NCBI GenBank assembly: GCA_034439575.1
Contig: JAWXAQ010000035.1
Location: 96,001-160,000 of the forward strand
DNA: 64,000 nucleotides
Source of the DNA: Leptospira sp.
Lineage (GTDB): Bacteria > Spirochaetota > Leptospiria > Leptospirales > Leptospiraceae
Reading direction: 5' to 3'
The position numbers were made by a program, and so were the translations under genes. The notes under the pieces were generated by a model that did no database searches, was not told the origin of the DNA, and saw only the letters and a program-made list of their open reading frames with translations. Each line of letters opens with the position of its first letter. Position 1 is the stretch's first letter. Positions 1-9,009 of this stretch are shown one piece after another.

Positions 1-394
1 AATTGGAAAAGCTTACGGAATTCTTGCTATTCCTAGACATTCACTTTCTACGAAAGCAATGTACGAGGGACTCCAAAAAAGTTTACAAAATACCCTTGAT
101 TCAAAAATATGGAAAACTCTGACAGAGGATGTGATTCGAAATCTTCAGGTCGGTGATTGGAAAAGCCTAAATGGCATTCTTGAGAACGAGTTCGAAAAAG
201 TCGCTTTCCAGACCCACTCCGATTTAAAGGAATTGAAGTTAGGATTTTTACAGAACGGAGCAGAATATGCTTCTCTTTCTGGTTCTGGTTCATGTTTTTA
301 TGGCTTAGTAAGCTCAAAAACTGCACAAGAAGTTTTGTTAAATTCTATGAGACTTCAATTCTCTGAGGTTGATTTTGTGTCCTTCTCTATATAG
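1..394 (+). CDS. ispE: 4-diphosphocytidyl-2-C-methyl-D-erythritol kinase, 3' part (5' end outside window)
   Basis: Frame open from nt 2; GHMP kinase C-terminal motifs LENEFE and ASLSGSGSCFYG; conserved ispE-tRNA-Gln-prs synteny. Confidence 0.88.
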   Translation, partial: IGKAYGILAIPRHSLSTKAMYEGLQKSLQNTLDSKIWKTLTEDVIRNLQVGDWKSLNGILENEFEKVAFQTHSDLKELKLGFLQNGAEYASLSGSGSCFYGLVSSKTAQEVLLNSMRLQFSEVDFVSFSI

Positions 395-398
395 AAAC

Positions 399-474
<76 letters not shown>

Positions 475-500
475 GTTTTTATTTTCATTTTAACAAATAT

Positions 501-1262
501 ATGAGCATTGAATCGACTGTAACTGCTGTTATCCTGGCGGCGGGGAAAGGAACTCGGATGAAGAGTGAGCTTCCCAAGGTTGCGGTTGTACTAAACAAAT
601 CCCCACTTCTGATTCATGTTCTAAAAAATATAGAATCTGCGAATATCAAACGTAAAGTCATTGTTGTTGGATATCGTAAAGATGTAGTGATTGAAATTGC
701 AAAAGATTTTCCTGGTGTTGAATTTGCAGAACAAACAGAACAATTGGGTACTGGACATGCAGTTCTTTGTGCAGAAGCAAATATAAAATCTTCCGATAAA
801 TATGTGTTAGTTGCCTGTGGTGACGCTCCTCTTATTTCCTCTCAATCATTTCAATCTTTATTATCAACCCATATTCAAAAAGGTTACACAGCGACTGTTC
901 TTTCCGCAAAAATGACCGACCCTACTGGTTACGGTAGGATCATTCGTAGCTCTGATGACGGATCTCTTCTTCGTATCGTAGAACAAAAAGATGCGACCGA
1001 TGAAGAAAAATCAGTAAACGAAGTAAATACAGGAACCTATTGTTTTTCAACAGAACATTTATATTCGGCTTTAAAACAAATTGGTAATGATAATGCTCAG
1101 AAAGAATATTATCTTACAGATGTGATTAAGATTTGTGTTCAACTTGGTTTGAAAGTTGGCGCACTCACTTTGGCAAATTCATTGGAAAGCCACGGAATCA
1201 ATTCACCAGAAGACCTGCAAACAGCGGAACAATATATAGAAAAAGGATTAGTTGGCGTATGA
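501..1262 (+). CDS. glmU: UDP-N-acetylglucosamine pyrophosphorylase, uridylyltransferase domain only
   Basis: [43 protein letters not shown] motifs; 253 aa, no hexapeptide-repeat acetyltransferase domain. Confidence 0.85.
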   Translation: MSIESTVTAVILAAGKGTRMKSELPKVAVVLNKSPLLIHVLKNIESANIKRKVIVVGYRKDVVIEIAKDFPGVEFAEQTEQLGTGHAVLCAEANIKSSDKYVLVACGDAPLISSQSFQSLLSTHIQKGYTATVLSAKMTDPTGYGRIIRSSDDGSLLRIVEQKDATDEEKSVNEVNTGTYCFSTEHLYSALKQIGNDNAQKEYYLTDVIKICVQLGLKVGALTLANSLESHGINSPEDLQTAEQYIEKGLVGV

Positions 1263-2200
1263 ATCCAAAAGAAGTAGCGGTATTTTCTGGAAATGCAAAT
1301 CGGCCTCTTGCTGAAGAAATTTGCCAAAATTTAGGAATCCCCAATGGTGCGATTTCTGTGAAAAGGTTTTCGGACGGTGAGAGCTCTGTCAAAATTGAAG
1401 AGAATGTCCGGGGCCGAGATGTTTTCGTCGTTCAATCCATCAGCTTTCCATCTAACGACAGCTTAATGGAGTTACTCCTAATCATCGATGCCTTACGCCG
1501 TGCATCAGCAAGAAGGATCACAGCTGTGCTTCCATATTATGGTTACGGCCGCCAAGATCGAAAAGTAGAACCTAGAGTTCCTATTTCTGCGAGAGTTGTC
1601 GCTGATTTGATTGAAACAGTCGGACCTAACAGAGTATTGACGATGGATTTACATGCAGATCAAATCCAAGGATTTTTTCGAATTCCTGTAGATCATTTGT
1701 ATTTTTCTCCCGTATTAGCGGAGTACATCAATTCGCTTCAACTTGATGATCTAGCAATTGTTTCACCAGATTCTGGTGGAGCAGAACGTGCCCGCAATTT
1801 TGGAAAAAAAGTAAATGGTTCCCTAGCAGTAATAGACAAAAGACGACCAAAGGCAAATGAATCTGTCGTAATGAACGTGATAGGTGACATAAAAGACAAA
1901 CATTGCCTCATTTTAGATGATATGATTGATACAGGTGGCACCATTGCGAAAGCTGCCACAGCGTTATACGAGAACGGAGCAAAATCTGTCATGTGTTGTG
2001 CTACTCATGGTGTTCTTTCTGGCGAAGCCCCAGAAAAGCTAAATAGTGCCAACTTCCAACAAATAGTTTTATCAAATTCTATCCTCGTGCCCGACACAAA
2101 GAAAATAAATAACTTGAAAACCCTCTCGATCGCTCCACTGTTTGCTAAAGCCATCGAAAGGATTCATACCGAAGAATCTATCTCTAGCCTGTTTTCATAA
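1259..2200 (+). CDS. prs: Ribose-phosphate pyrophosphokinase
   Basis: [33 protein letters not shown]; start moved to ATG 1259 (ATGA overlap with upstream stop). Confidence 0.97.
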   Translation: MNPKEVAVFSGNANRPLAEEICQNLGIPNGAISVKRFSDGESSVKIEENVRGRDVFVVQSISFPSNDSLMELLLIIDALRRASARRITAVLPYYGYGRQDRKVEPRVPISARVVADLIETVGPNRVLTMDLHADQIQGFFRIPVDHLYFSPVLAEYINSLQLDDLAIVSPDSGGAERARNFGKKVNGSLAVIDKRRPKANESVVMNVIGDIKDKHCLILDDMIDTGGTIAKAATALYENGAKSVMCCATHGVLSGEAPEKLNSANFQQIVLSNSILVPDTKKINNLKTLSIAPLFAKAIERIHTEESISSLFS

Positions 2201-2217
2201 CTTAAAGGAACATAATC

Positions 2218-2853
2218 ATGGAAAAATTTAGCATCAAAGCAGAACCAAGAACAACTACAGGAAAAGGACCAGCTCGACGTATGCGCGTTGCAGGTCTCGT
2301 GCCTGCCAATATCATTGGGAGCGGACAAGCTACTTCAGCATCCGTTGTTGAAAAAGAAATTCAAAAGTTGATCGATTCTGGAATTAGAAAAGCGACTCTC
2401 ATCGAAGTTGACTTAGGTGGAAAAAAGGAAAATGTATTCGTAAAAGAAGTACAACGTTTCCCGCACACAGGTCAAATCAGACATATTGACTTCTTTAAAG
2501 TTACCCCTGGCAAAAAGATCCTAACAACTGTTGCAGTTAAAACAACTGGAGTTGCCAAAGGTTCAAAAGCTGGTGGTCAATTTGAACATCTTATCCACGA
2601 ACTTCGAGTTAAATCAACTCCAGAAGATTTAGTGGATGTGATTACGGTAGATGTTACAGGTCTAGACGTGGGAATGAGCATCAAAGTTTCTGAACTACCT
2701 ACTCCAAAATCTTGGGACATCATTGTAAATGGTGATCCGATTGTTACTTCTTGTAATAAAACAAAAGCGATTTTGGCAGCAGAAAGAGCGGAAAAAGCAG
2801 AAGCTGAAAATGCATCCAAAAAACCTGCCGCTAAAAAAGCTGCAAAAAAATAG
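2218..2853 (+). CDS. rplY: 50S ribosomal protein L25/Ctc
   Basis: GKGPARRMR, HIDF, GxxKGxxxGG motifs; position between prs and pth; Lys/Ala-rich tail. Confidence 0.93.
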   Translation: MEKFSIKAEPRTTTGKGPARRMRVAGLVPANIIGSGQATSASVVEKEIQKLIDSGIRKATLIEVDLGGKKENVFVKEVQRFPHTGQIRHIDFFKVTPGKKILTTVAVKTTGVAKGSKAGGQFEHLIHELRVKSTPEDLVDVITVDVTGLDVGMSIKVSELPTPKSWDIIVNGDPIVTSCNKTKAILAAERAEKAEAENASKKPAAKKAAKK

Positions 2854-2869
2854 TTTAGTTTAACAAGCG

Positions 2870-3433
2870 ATGAAGCTTATCGTCGGCCTGGGTAATCCAG
2901 GCGATAAATATAACAATAATAGATCAAACATTGGTTTTAAAATTCTCGATGTCATTGCGAACAACATTGGCATCGAAATCAAAACGAAAAAGAAAAAGTC
3001 TCTTATTGGTCGTGGGGAATTTGAGGGTGACGAAGTTGTTTTACTTAAACCTCAAACTTTCAGTGATCTCTCTGGAGAATCTGTTCTCTATATTGCGAGT
3101 TTTTTAAAAATTCAAGTAAAAGACATAGTTCTTATCCACGAAGACCTTCAGTTAGAACTTGGCCAAATCGTTGTGACAAAAGGCGGAGAAAGTGACGGGC
3201 ATCCTGGTGTGGAATCCGTATCCGTTTCCTTACGCTCGCCCAATTTCATTCGAATTAGGATCGGTGTTCGTAATTCTAAGTATGTTGTTAAAAAAAGAGA
3301 TGAATTTTTACGTGATGATTTTGAGCCATTGGAAAACCTAAGTCTGATTCAGATCATCAACGATGCGGAAGCCGCAATTCGATCGATTTCCATGGGCGAT
3401 ATCGACGAAGTGATTCAGAAATATCACCTTTGA
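2870..3433 (+). CDS. pth: Peptidyl-tRNA hydrolase family protein with atypical active site
   Basis: MKLIVGLGNPG, LLKPQTF, RIRIG; synteny after rplY; catalytic residues substituted (see findings). Confidence 0.85.
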   Translation: MKLIVGLGNPGDKYNNNRSNIGFKILDVIANNIGIEIKTKKKKSLIGRGEFEGDEVVLLKPQTFSDLSGESVLYIASFLKIQVKDIVLIHEDLQLELGQIVVTKGGESDGHPGVESVSVSLRSPNFIRIRIGVRNSKYVVKKRDEFLRDDFEPLENLSLIQIINDAEAAIRSISMGDIDEVIQKYHL

Positions 3434-3460
3434 TACAGTCTAATCAAGGAGACTGCTTTC

Positions 3461-5422
3461 ATGAACAAAAACATTAAATCTGTATTTCTATTCCTCCTTA
3501 TTTTACTCGTCGTATTATATACTGTATACAAAGGCCAAGACTTTGCCGGTAAACCAGACGAGATCAGTTACTCTGAATTTCTAAACATGGTTGAGCCCGT
3601 GGAAGGTAAAAAACCCATAGGTCGTATCACTTCCAAAGAAGGAAAGGATATCACAAGCAAACAACAGATCATGATAGATCGAGAATTGATCGAAGGTTGG
3701 TACATTCCTTCTGACTCAAAGGACAATAAGCCCAAAGCTTTCAAAACAAACATTGCACCGATTAACGATGACTTGGTTACAAAACTCAGGAAGTCACGTT
3801 TATCTTTCACTGCGAAATCAGCCGACGAAAATAAACTCTGGAGCATGATTTACGGCATCTTACCGTGGTTATTTGTTCTTGGATTTATCTGGTTTATTAT
3901 GATGCGCCAATTGCAAGCCTCAGGTAACAAAGCATTTACATTCGGAAAGTCACGAGCTAAGATGAATGTTGATCCGAAGGTCAAAATAACATTTGGTGAT
4001 GTTGCTGGATGCGAAGAAGCGAAAGTAGAATTACTCGAAATTATTGAATTTTTAAAAGATCCTAAAAAATTCCAAGCGATTGGTGCAAGAATTCCTAAGG
4101 GAGTCTTGTTAGTTGGTCCTCCTGGAACAGGTAAAACCTTACTTGCGAAAGCCGTAGCTGGAGAAGCCGCAGTTCCATTCTTTTCCATATCTGGTTCTGA
4201 CTTTGTGGAAATGTTTGTGGGCGTCGGTGCTTCTAGAGTGCGCGACCTTTTCGAACAGGGCAAGAAAAATGCACCATGTATTATTTTTATAGATGAGATT
4301 GATGCTGTAGGTAGACTTCGCGGTGCAGGTCTTGGTGGTGGGCACGATGAACGTGAACAGACACTCAATCAGATGTTAGTCGAAATGGACGGATTCGAAA
4401 TGAATGAAGGTGTGATCGTGATGGCGGCAACAAACCGTGCAGACGTTCTTGATCCTGCCCTATTACGTCCAGGTCGTTTTGATAGACAAGTGATAGTGGA
4501 TCTTCCAGATCTTCGTGGACGTGAAGAGATTCTTAAAGTTCACGCTAAAAAAGTGCCAATGGTATCTGATATATCAATCAACTCGATTGCTCGTGGGACT
4601 CCAGGATTTACTGGCGCAGATCTTGCCAATTTAATCAACGAAGCCGCATTACTCACGGCGAGACGAAATAAAAAACGTGTGACCCAAGAAGAATTAGAAG
4701 AAGCTCGTGATAAAGTTTTAATGGGCCCAGAAAGAAAGTCCATGTTAATCTCTGAAAAAGAGAAAGAAATGACAGCCTACCATGAAGCAGGTCACGCACT
4801 CCTTGGAACCTTACTTCCTTATACAGAACCAGTTCACAAAGTAACAATCATTCCACGAGGACGAGCCCTAGGACTCACTCAATCTCTACCTGTGGAAGAC
4901 AGACATTCTTATCGCAAACAGTATTGTTTAGATAGAATTGTCATGTCAATGGGCGGATACATCGCCGAAGAACTTATATTTGGTGATCCTTCAAATGGTT
5001 CGAGCAATGACATCCAACAAGCGACTAACATTGCACGTCGAATGGTTTGTGAATGGGGTATGTCCGAAAAACTCGGAACAATTAATTATGGCGGGGCTGA
5101 AAATTCACCTTTCGTCGGAAGAGATTACGGACATTCAAACAAACCATATTCAGAAGAATTTGCGGCTTTGATAGACCAAGAAGTAAAACGCATCGTTCAG
5201 ACTTCTCTTGATCGTGGTCGAGATATGGTCAAAAAGAATAAAGCAAAGTTAGAAGGCATTGCCAAAGCTTTACTCTCAAAAGAAACGATTGATGCTACTG
5301 AATTAATGGCGATTGTTCATCCAGCCGGTGAAAAATCTACATACCAGGATAACAAACGCAAGGCGAACTCTCCGATAAAAAAATCCAAGGGTTCCACAGA
5401 CGCAAAACCTGCTTTCACATAA
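3461..5422 (+). CDS. ftsH: ATP-dependent zinc metalloprotease FtsH
   Basis: Two TM segments, Walker A GPPGTGKT, Walker [23 protein letters not shown] zinc motif. Confidence 0.98.
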   Translation: MNKNIKSVFLFLLILLVVLYTVYKGQDFAGKPDEISYSEFLNMVEPVEGKKPIGRITSKEGKDITSKQQIMIDRELIEGWYIPSDSKDNKPKAFKTNIAPINDDLVTKLRKSRLSFTAKSADENKLWSMIYGILPWLFVLGFIWFIMMRQLQASGNKAFTFGKSRAKMNVDPKVKITFGDVAGCEEAKVELLEIIEFLKDPKKFQAIGARIPKGVLLVGPPGTGKTLLAKAVAGEAAVPFFSISGSDFVEMFVGVGASRVRDLFEQGKKNAPCIIFIDEIDAVGRLRGAGLGGGHDEREQTLNQMLVEMDGFEMNEGVIVMAATNRADVLDPALLRPGRFDRQVIVDLPDLRGREEILKVHAKKVPMVSDISINSIARGTPGFTGADLANLINEAALLTARRNKKRVTQEELEEARDKVLMGPERKSMLISEKEKEMTAYHEAGHALLGTLLPYTEPVHKVTIIPRGRALGLTQSLPVEDRHSYRKQYCLDRIVMSMGGYIAEELIFGDPSNGSSNDIQQATNIARRMVCEWGMSEKLGTINYGGAENSPFVGRDYGHSNKPYSEEFAALIDQEVKRIVQTSLDRGRDMVKKNKAKLEGIAKALLSKETIDATELMAIVHPAGEKSTYQDNKRKANSPIKKSKGSTDAKPAFT

Positions 5423-5425
5423 CAT

Positions 5426-5881
5426 ATGAAATATTGGCTCTTTAAAACTGAGCCGGATGTCTTTTCTATCGATGACCTGGAACGAGAAAAAGTCTCGTTC
5501 TGGGAAGGTGTCCGCAACTACCAAGCCAGAAACTATCTCAGAGATGAAGTCAAAGCAGAAGATCTGGTTTTATTTCATCATAGCAATGCCAACCCACCCT
5601 CTGTTGTAGGTATCGCAGAAGTCGTGGAAGGTGGATTGCCAGACCCTCATCAATATGATCCAAATAGCAAATACTTTGACCCAAAGGCTCCAAAAGACAA
5701 TCCGCGTTGGTATGGAGTCAAATTAAAGTTAGTTGCCAAATTTAAAAAAAGAATTTCCTTAGATGAATTGAAAATCACCAAAGGATTGGAAGAAATGATG
5801 GTGATAAAAAAAGGGGCTAGATTGTCTATCCAGCCCGTGGCAAAAAAAGAATTTGAAATTGTTAAAAAATTAGGGCTTTGA
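5426..5881 (+). CDS. EVE domain protein
   Basis: YWLFKTEP, WEGVRNYQARN, YFDPK, RLSIQPV. Confidence 0.93.
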   Translation: MKYWLFKTEPDVFSIDDLEREKVSFWEGVRNYQARNYLRDEVKAEDLVLFHHSNANPPSVVGIAEVVEGGLPDPHQYDPNSKYFDPKAPKDNPRWYGVKLKLVAKFKKRISLDELKITKGLEEMMVIKKGARLSIQPVAKKEFEIVKKLGL

Positions 5882-6691
5882 TGAAAGTACGAGAACTGCC
5901 TTGATTTTATCAATATTTTGAAATTTTGCATCTTTATAATGAAAAGAACCTGCACCTAAAAAACTAAAATCTGGATTTAGAATATTTCGCCTTTGCGCAG
6001 GTGAATTCATCCAAGATTCCAATAGTGATTCGGCAAGACTAATATAACTATGATTAGGAATTGGGGTTCCGTTCTTTTGATAACTAAATTTTTTATGTGT
6101 GTTTTGCTCTGGAGTATAAACAGGTGTTCCAGGTTTGTAATCAATTCCAAACGAAGCAATTATATTCTGTCCAGATATACTATCTTTGATTCCCACAAGT
6201 TCCAATCGGTCTCTTAAGGTTTCTTTGCCAGAAACTTTGCTCGTATGAGAATAAAAATCATACTTAACCATATCTTGCGCATGACCAAATGCCGCTTGTT
6301 CACATAACTCAGAAAAGCGAAATGGTTTCATACCTAACTTTTTTCTTTCGCGACTAGCCGCATAATAGATGGAAGCATTCAAAAGTGGGTAATCTATTTT
6401 ATTAAAATCTATAATCTCTTTCGCCGGCGCATAAGAAAAAAAAGTCTGTTCATTGAATTCCGAGTATTGTTCTTCTTTCCAGGCACTGGAACTCGGTAAA
6501 TTTCTTCCATCTTCGATAGATTCTAAAAAAGCTAATTCTGGTTGGCCTTCAACAGTTTTTGAAACAGTTTCTTTGGCTACTTCTTTTGTTTCTTGTTTGG
6601 TTTCTACTTTTTCTTGTTTTTTGGGTGGTGTGAGGCAACCATAAAAATTGGAAAAAATCAAAAGTAAGGCTATTATTAAAATTCTATTCAT
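5870..6691 (-). CDS. CAP/SCP domain lipoprotein
   Basis: Lipobox FYGC; HAQDM, FYSH, WMNSPxxRxNIL pattern of bacterial CAP domains. Confidence 0.8.
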   Translation of the reverse strand: MNRILIIALLLIFSNFYGCLTPPKKQEKVETKQETKEVAKETVSKTVEGQPELAFLESIEDGRNLPSSSAWKEEQYSEFNEQTFFSYAPAKEIIDFNKIDYPLLNASIYYAASRERKKLGMKPFRFSELCEQAAFGHAQDMVKYDFYSHTSKVSGKETLRDRLELVGIKDSISGQNIIASFGIDYKPGTPVYTPEQNTHKKFSYQKNGTPIPNHSYISLAESLLESWMNSPAQRRNILNPDFSFLGAGSFHYKDAKFQNIDKIKAVLVLSSKP

Positions 6692-6700
6692 AAACTTTTC

Positions 6701-7264
6701 CTATAAGTAACGATTGTAATCCTGTATCATATTATTTATCATATTTCTTTCTTTGTTGTATTCAATAAGTTTAGCTTCTTTGATTCCAGTTTCCCAAATT
6801 AAAAAAAATGGAACTCCAAAAAGTGTGGTATGTTTTTGTCGGTATCTTTCCCGACCAACTAACTTATCATTGATGTAAAAATCTGCGTGTAAAACTCTCT
6901 CTTGCGAATACATGGATGGTAAAAGTCCAAGTGTTCCTAACATAAATAAAGTTGAGATTGATGAAATCCAAAAATGTTCATATTCGTTCACTTCCGAAGT
7001 ATATATATCTATATGATGTGCACTTCGAATTCCATCTGTTATCACTTTCCCAAAATAACCAGTATCTGAAATGTATTTGGAATAGAGTGCTGTTAATTGG
7101 TTTGTAGAATGAGCAGATTCTGGTGAGATAACTTTCACAGTAAGAAGTGCCAACCTTTGATTTAAAAAGGGTCTCGTGACGATTGGCACATCTTCACTTA
7201 AATAATTATAACAATTTGAAAGTAAAAGTATAACAAGAAATAAAAAAAATCTAATCTTTAGCAT
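6701..7264 (-). CDS. Hypothetical lipoprotein
   Basis: 187 aa; signal peptide ending LSNC; internal hydrophobic TLGLLP segment. Confidence 0.7.
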   Translation of the reverse strand: MLKIRFFLFLVILLLSNCYNYLSEDVPIVTRPFLNQRLALLTVKVISPESAHSTNQLTALYSKYISDTGYFGKVITDGIRSAHHIDIYTSEVNEYEHFWISSISTLFMLGTLGLLPSMYSQERVLHADFYINDKLVGRERYRQKHTTLFGVPFFLIWETGIKEAKLIEYNKERNMINNMIQDYNRYL

Positions 7265-7318
7265 GATCCGCTTGAATCGTACAGATTATGATGCATTCGA
7301 AAAGTCTTTTTTACTTTG

Positions 7319-8698
7319 TTAATTTGAAAAATGAACCCAATCCATGAGATAAAGAATGCCTCCGCCCACTGTCAAAAAAATTAATATGGCAATGACCGAT
7401 ATCAATCCTCCTACCTTAGCCATCTCGGAACTACGAATGCCACCGTAACTAAAGGCCAAAGCATTTGGTGGTGTTGAAATCGGAAACGGCATCGCAAGCG
7501 AGGCACCTATTGTCGCGCCTAGTGCGGAAGGGAGTATTACCATCTGAGGCAGACCCATAGTAATCGGTAATAGTAAATTTGCCACAGAAGTATTGCTCAA
7601 GAAACATGATAAGGAAAGGGACATAAAGCTAAAAAATACAAATAAAAATAAGGGAGATTTTCCATCTAACATAAATGATTCGATCAAATGTTTAGCAAGG
7701 CCCGTTTCTTCTAATGCTTTACCAAGGGCGATCCCACCACCCATTAAGATCAAAACATCCCAAGAAAGGGAGCGGAACTCTTCTAGAGAGAGTAATTTAA
7801 AACCAAAGAATGTGATAACAGGAAAAAGTGCAATGGTGCCGTTTGGTATGCCATGAAAGTCAGAAGTCAGCCATCCAAAAACGGTAACAAGGATTATAGA
7901 TAAGCTAATGATTGTCTTTTTATTATACTTGCCATCAACACTCTTTGGTAAAACAAAAAGTTTTTTACTTTCTTCCTCTTTACCTCTAAGATATAAAAAG
8001 TAAAGCAAGACGCATAAGGCAAAGATAGAAATGATACACACAGGAATGGCAAAAGCCATCCAGGGTAAAAAACCTATATCAATACCTTTTTCTTTCATAT
8101 ATCCTATGCCGATCACATTGGGCAAAGTTCCCACAGGTGTTCCGATTCCACCTAAATTCGCAGAAAATGGTACCACAAACAAAATCGACTTCCTTAAATG
8201 CGATGATTCGTTTAAAGTTTTTAGCATAGGCATAACTAAACCTAACATCATTGCAGCTGTCGCAGTATTATTCATCCAACAAGATAAAAATCCCGTAGAA
8301 AACCCAAGACCCAATAACAAAAGAATTGATGAACCTCTAGTTTTTTTAATTACAATGCGAGCCAAAGATTGATCTAAATTATAATGTGAAATTGCCTGAG
8401 AAATTACAAATTCACCTAAGAAGAGTAAAATGGTTTCTGAAAAAAAACAAGAAAGGAATACCGCGGGTTTTGGAGCACCAACTCCCCAAGACGGTATTAG
8501 CCAAACTAGTTCTAAAAATAAAACCAAAAATCCGGTCACATAAAGAGGTATCAATTCAGAAATCCATAAGTAGGCGGAGACAAGTGCAATTGCTAAATTG
8601 ATTTCCTGAATATGAGTCAGGTTAAACCATACTTGGTAATAGCCAAATACAGCAGGCATAACAAAAATCAGGGAAATAAGGATAGATATGAATTTCAT
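7319..8698 (-). CDS. DASS/SLC13 family sodium-coupled anion symporter
   Basis: Many TM helices; NNTATA and SNTS motifs, ANLGGIGTPVGTLPN, STPPNA. Confidence 0.9.
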   Translation of the reverse strand: MKFISILISLIFVMPAVFGYYQVWFNLTHIQEINLAIALVSAYLWISELIPLYVTGFLVLFLELVWLIPSWGVGAPKPAVFLSCFFSETILLFLGEFVISQAISHYNLDQSLARIVIKKTRGSSILLLLGLGFSTGFLSCWMNNTATAAMMLGLVMPMLKTLNESSHLRKSILFVVPFSANLGGIGTPVGTLPNVIGIGYMKEKGIDIGFLPWMAFAIPVCIISIFALCVLLYFLYLRGKEEESKKLFVLPKSVDGKYNKKTIISLSIILVTVFGWLTSDFHGIPNGTIALFPVITFFGFKLLSLEEFRSLSWDVLILMGGGIALGKALEETGLAKHLIESFMLDGKSPLFLFVFFSFMSLSLSCFLSNTSVANLLLPITMGLPQMVILPSALGATIGASLAMPFPISTPPNALAFSYGGIRSSEMAKVGGLISVIAILIFLTVGGGILYLMDWVHFSN

Positions 8699-8788
8699 TG
8701 TGACTTGACGATTTCCTTAAGAATTGATACTTTCAATTTGTAATAAATTACAATCAACAAAAAGAGGACACAAAGGAGAATTTCTATT

Positions 8789-8998
8789 ATGTTTAAAAAA
8801 TTTCTATTTCATATCATTGGTCTAGGTTTAATTCTTGGTGGATGGTTTGTTTGCATCATAAATGTCGGCTTGGATCGCGGGGCGACTCCATTTCGTTTTT
8901 TTTCTATCCCGAATTTAATTGGATTAACCTTGATCTTGTTAGGGGCTTACTTTCCAGAATTAGCCACTCGATTTCTTGGTGAAAAAGAAACTAAATAG
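8789..8998 (+). CDS. Small two-TM membrane protein
   Basis: AAGGAG RBS upstream; two hydrophobic helices; fills gap before the next gene. Confidence 0.7.
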   Translation: MFKKFLFHIIGLGLILGGWFVCIINVGLDRGATPFRFFSIPNLIGLTLILLGAYFPELATRFLGEKETK

Positions 8999-9009
8999 CA
9001 CCCTTCTCT

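Noticed and set aside
1133..1258. N-terminal extension of prs in the ORF track
   Set aside because: Overlaps glmU; Prs similarity begins at ATG 1259.
3568..5524. Many antisense and alternate-frame ORFs over ftsH (and likewise over hlyD, motAB, pntB, purF)
   Set aside because: Shadow ORFs of strongly conserved genes, no recognisable motifs.
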